From positions 1 to 64,000 of the IMG/VR virus record IMGVR_UViG_3300044719_000253: DNA of 64,000 nucleotides, one strand, 5' to 3'. A program made the translations under genes and the position numbers. The notes under the pieces are model-generated. The model worked only from the letters and a program-made list of their open reading frames with translations. It was not told the origin of the DNA and did no database searches. Shown piece after piece: positions 63,561 to 64,000 of the stretch (positions are counted from its first letter, which is position 1; each line of letters begins with the position of its first letter). The DNA comes from a virus (taxonomy: Duplodnaviria; Caudoviricetes).

Positions 63561-64000
63561 TTAAAGCGTGTCGGCGTAGGTCACCGGCCAGCCTGTGGTG
63601 TAGTCATAGGTTTCAGGGGTATTGGAGGCCATCACCGCGTCCGCATGGGTCTTGGCGTTATTGAAGACGGCGGTTTCGTTGGCAAAGCCCGCACTGATCA
63701 CCGCGTGCAGGGTCCCGACCGTGAAGGGTACGTAATCCCCCGACATGGTTTTCCAACCCGCTTCCAGTACGTAATCGGCCGGCAACGCATTGCGGATGGC
63801 GATGCCGTCCATCAGTGCGTATTGCGCACGGCTGGCATCGTCAGTGTGGAACCAGTATGGGATTCCGCCCACCGGCACCTTCACGCCCCCGGCTTTGCGT
63901 TTATCGCGAATTTCCTTGATGCGCAGGCACTGGTTGATACGCTGCTGTGCCAGCGACAGCGGCGGGAATGGATTGACCAGCATTTGAGCAAAATCGACAC
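63561..64000 (-). CDS. tail fibre assembly protein (DUF4376-like), 5' partial
   Basis: IRD.R..GG..V.G.WFHTD..SR.Q ... WKTM.G.YV; frame open to the right edge. Confidence 0.7.
   Translation of the reverse strand, partial: VDFAQMLVNPFPPLSLAQQRINQCLRIKEIRDKRKAGGVKVPVGGIPYWFHTDDASRAQYALMDGIAIRNALPADYVLEAGWKTMSGDYVPFTVGTLHAVISAGFANETAVFNNAKTHADAVMASNTPETYDYTTGWPVTYADTL

Noticed and set aside
221-63987. All plus-strand ORFs in the track, including long ones such as 27110-28171, 41057-42511, 53053-54288 and 60034-61932
   Set aside because: They lie antisense to minus-strand genes with clear motifs, lack SDs and have atypical composition; they are codon-bias shadows
1-64000. Stop-codon reassignment
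   Set aside because: Conserved enzymes are full length under the standard code, and no suppressor tRNA was seen

Overview
A 64-kb segment of a jumbo bacteriophage genome. It is phiKZ/Chimalliviridae-like by gene content, about 55% GC, and the host is probably a Burkholderiales bacterium (inferred from the RNR beta sequence). Nearly all real genes are on the minus strand; the plus-strand ORFs are shadows. Positions 1-52.9 kb are an accessory/early region of small hypothetical genes, punctuated by a recurring CTATATCAC promoter-like motif and GC-rich hairpins followed by TATG(C/T)CGT. This region carries nucleotide and NAD enzymes (DHFR, ThyA, Tmk, Nudix, DHH, MazG-like, Nampt plus NMNAT-Nudix), anti-defence candidates (Tad1-like sponge, DUF488-NADAR fusion, ADP-ribosyltransferase), two AAA ATPases and a glycosyltransferase. 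It also holds apparent divergent copies of core genes (gp68-like RNAP specificity subunit, major-capsid-like protein) and an RNR beta subunit that has lost its metal ligands. Positions 52.9-64 kb are a tail fibre/adhesin block. The most striking part is an ncRNA-rich island at about 15.6-20.4 kb. It contains a variant hammerhead ribozyme heading a ~370-nt structured RNA, tRNA-Thr, a mimic of the 23S rRNA L11-binding (GTPase-associated) domain with an insertion, an M-K-stop minigene, a preQ1-like element, four aberrant tRNA-like RNAs, a ~500-nt ornate RNA and a HAD phosphatase. A separate 8/4 allo-tRNA-like gene lies at 13.3 kb. All protein and RNA family calls come from motif recognition and recalled sequences; no database search or folding program was run.
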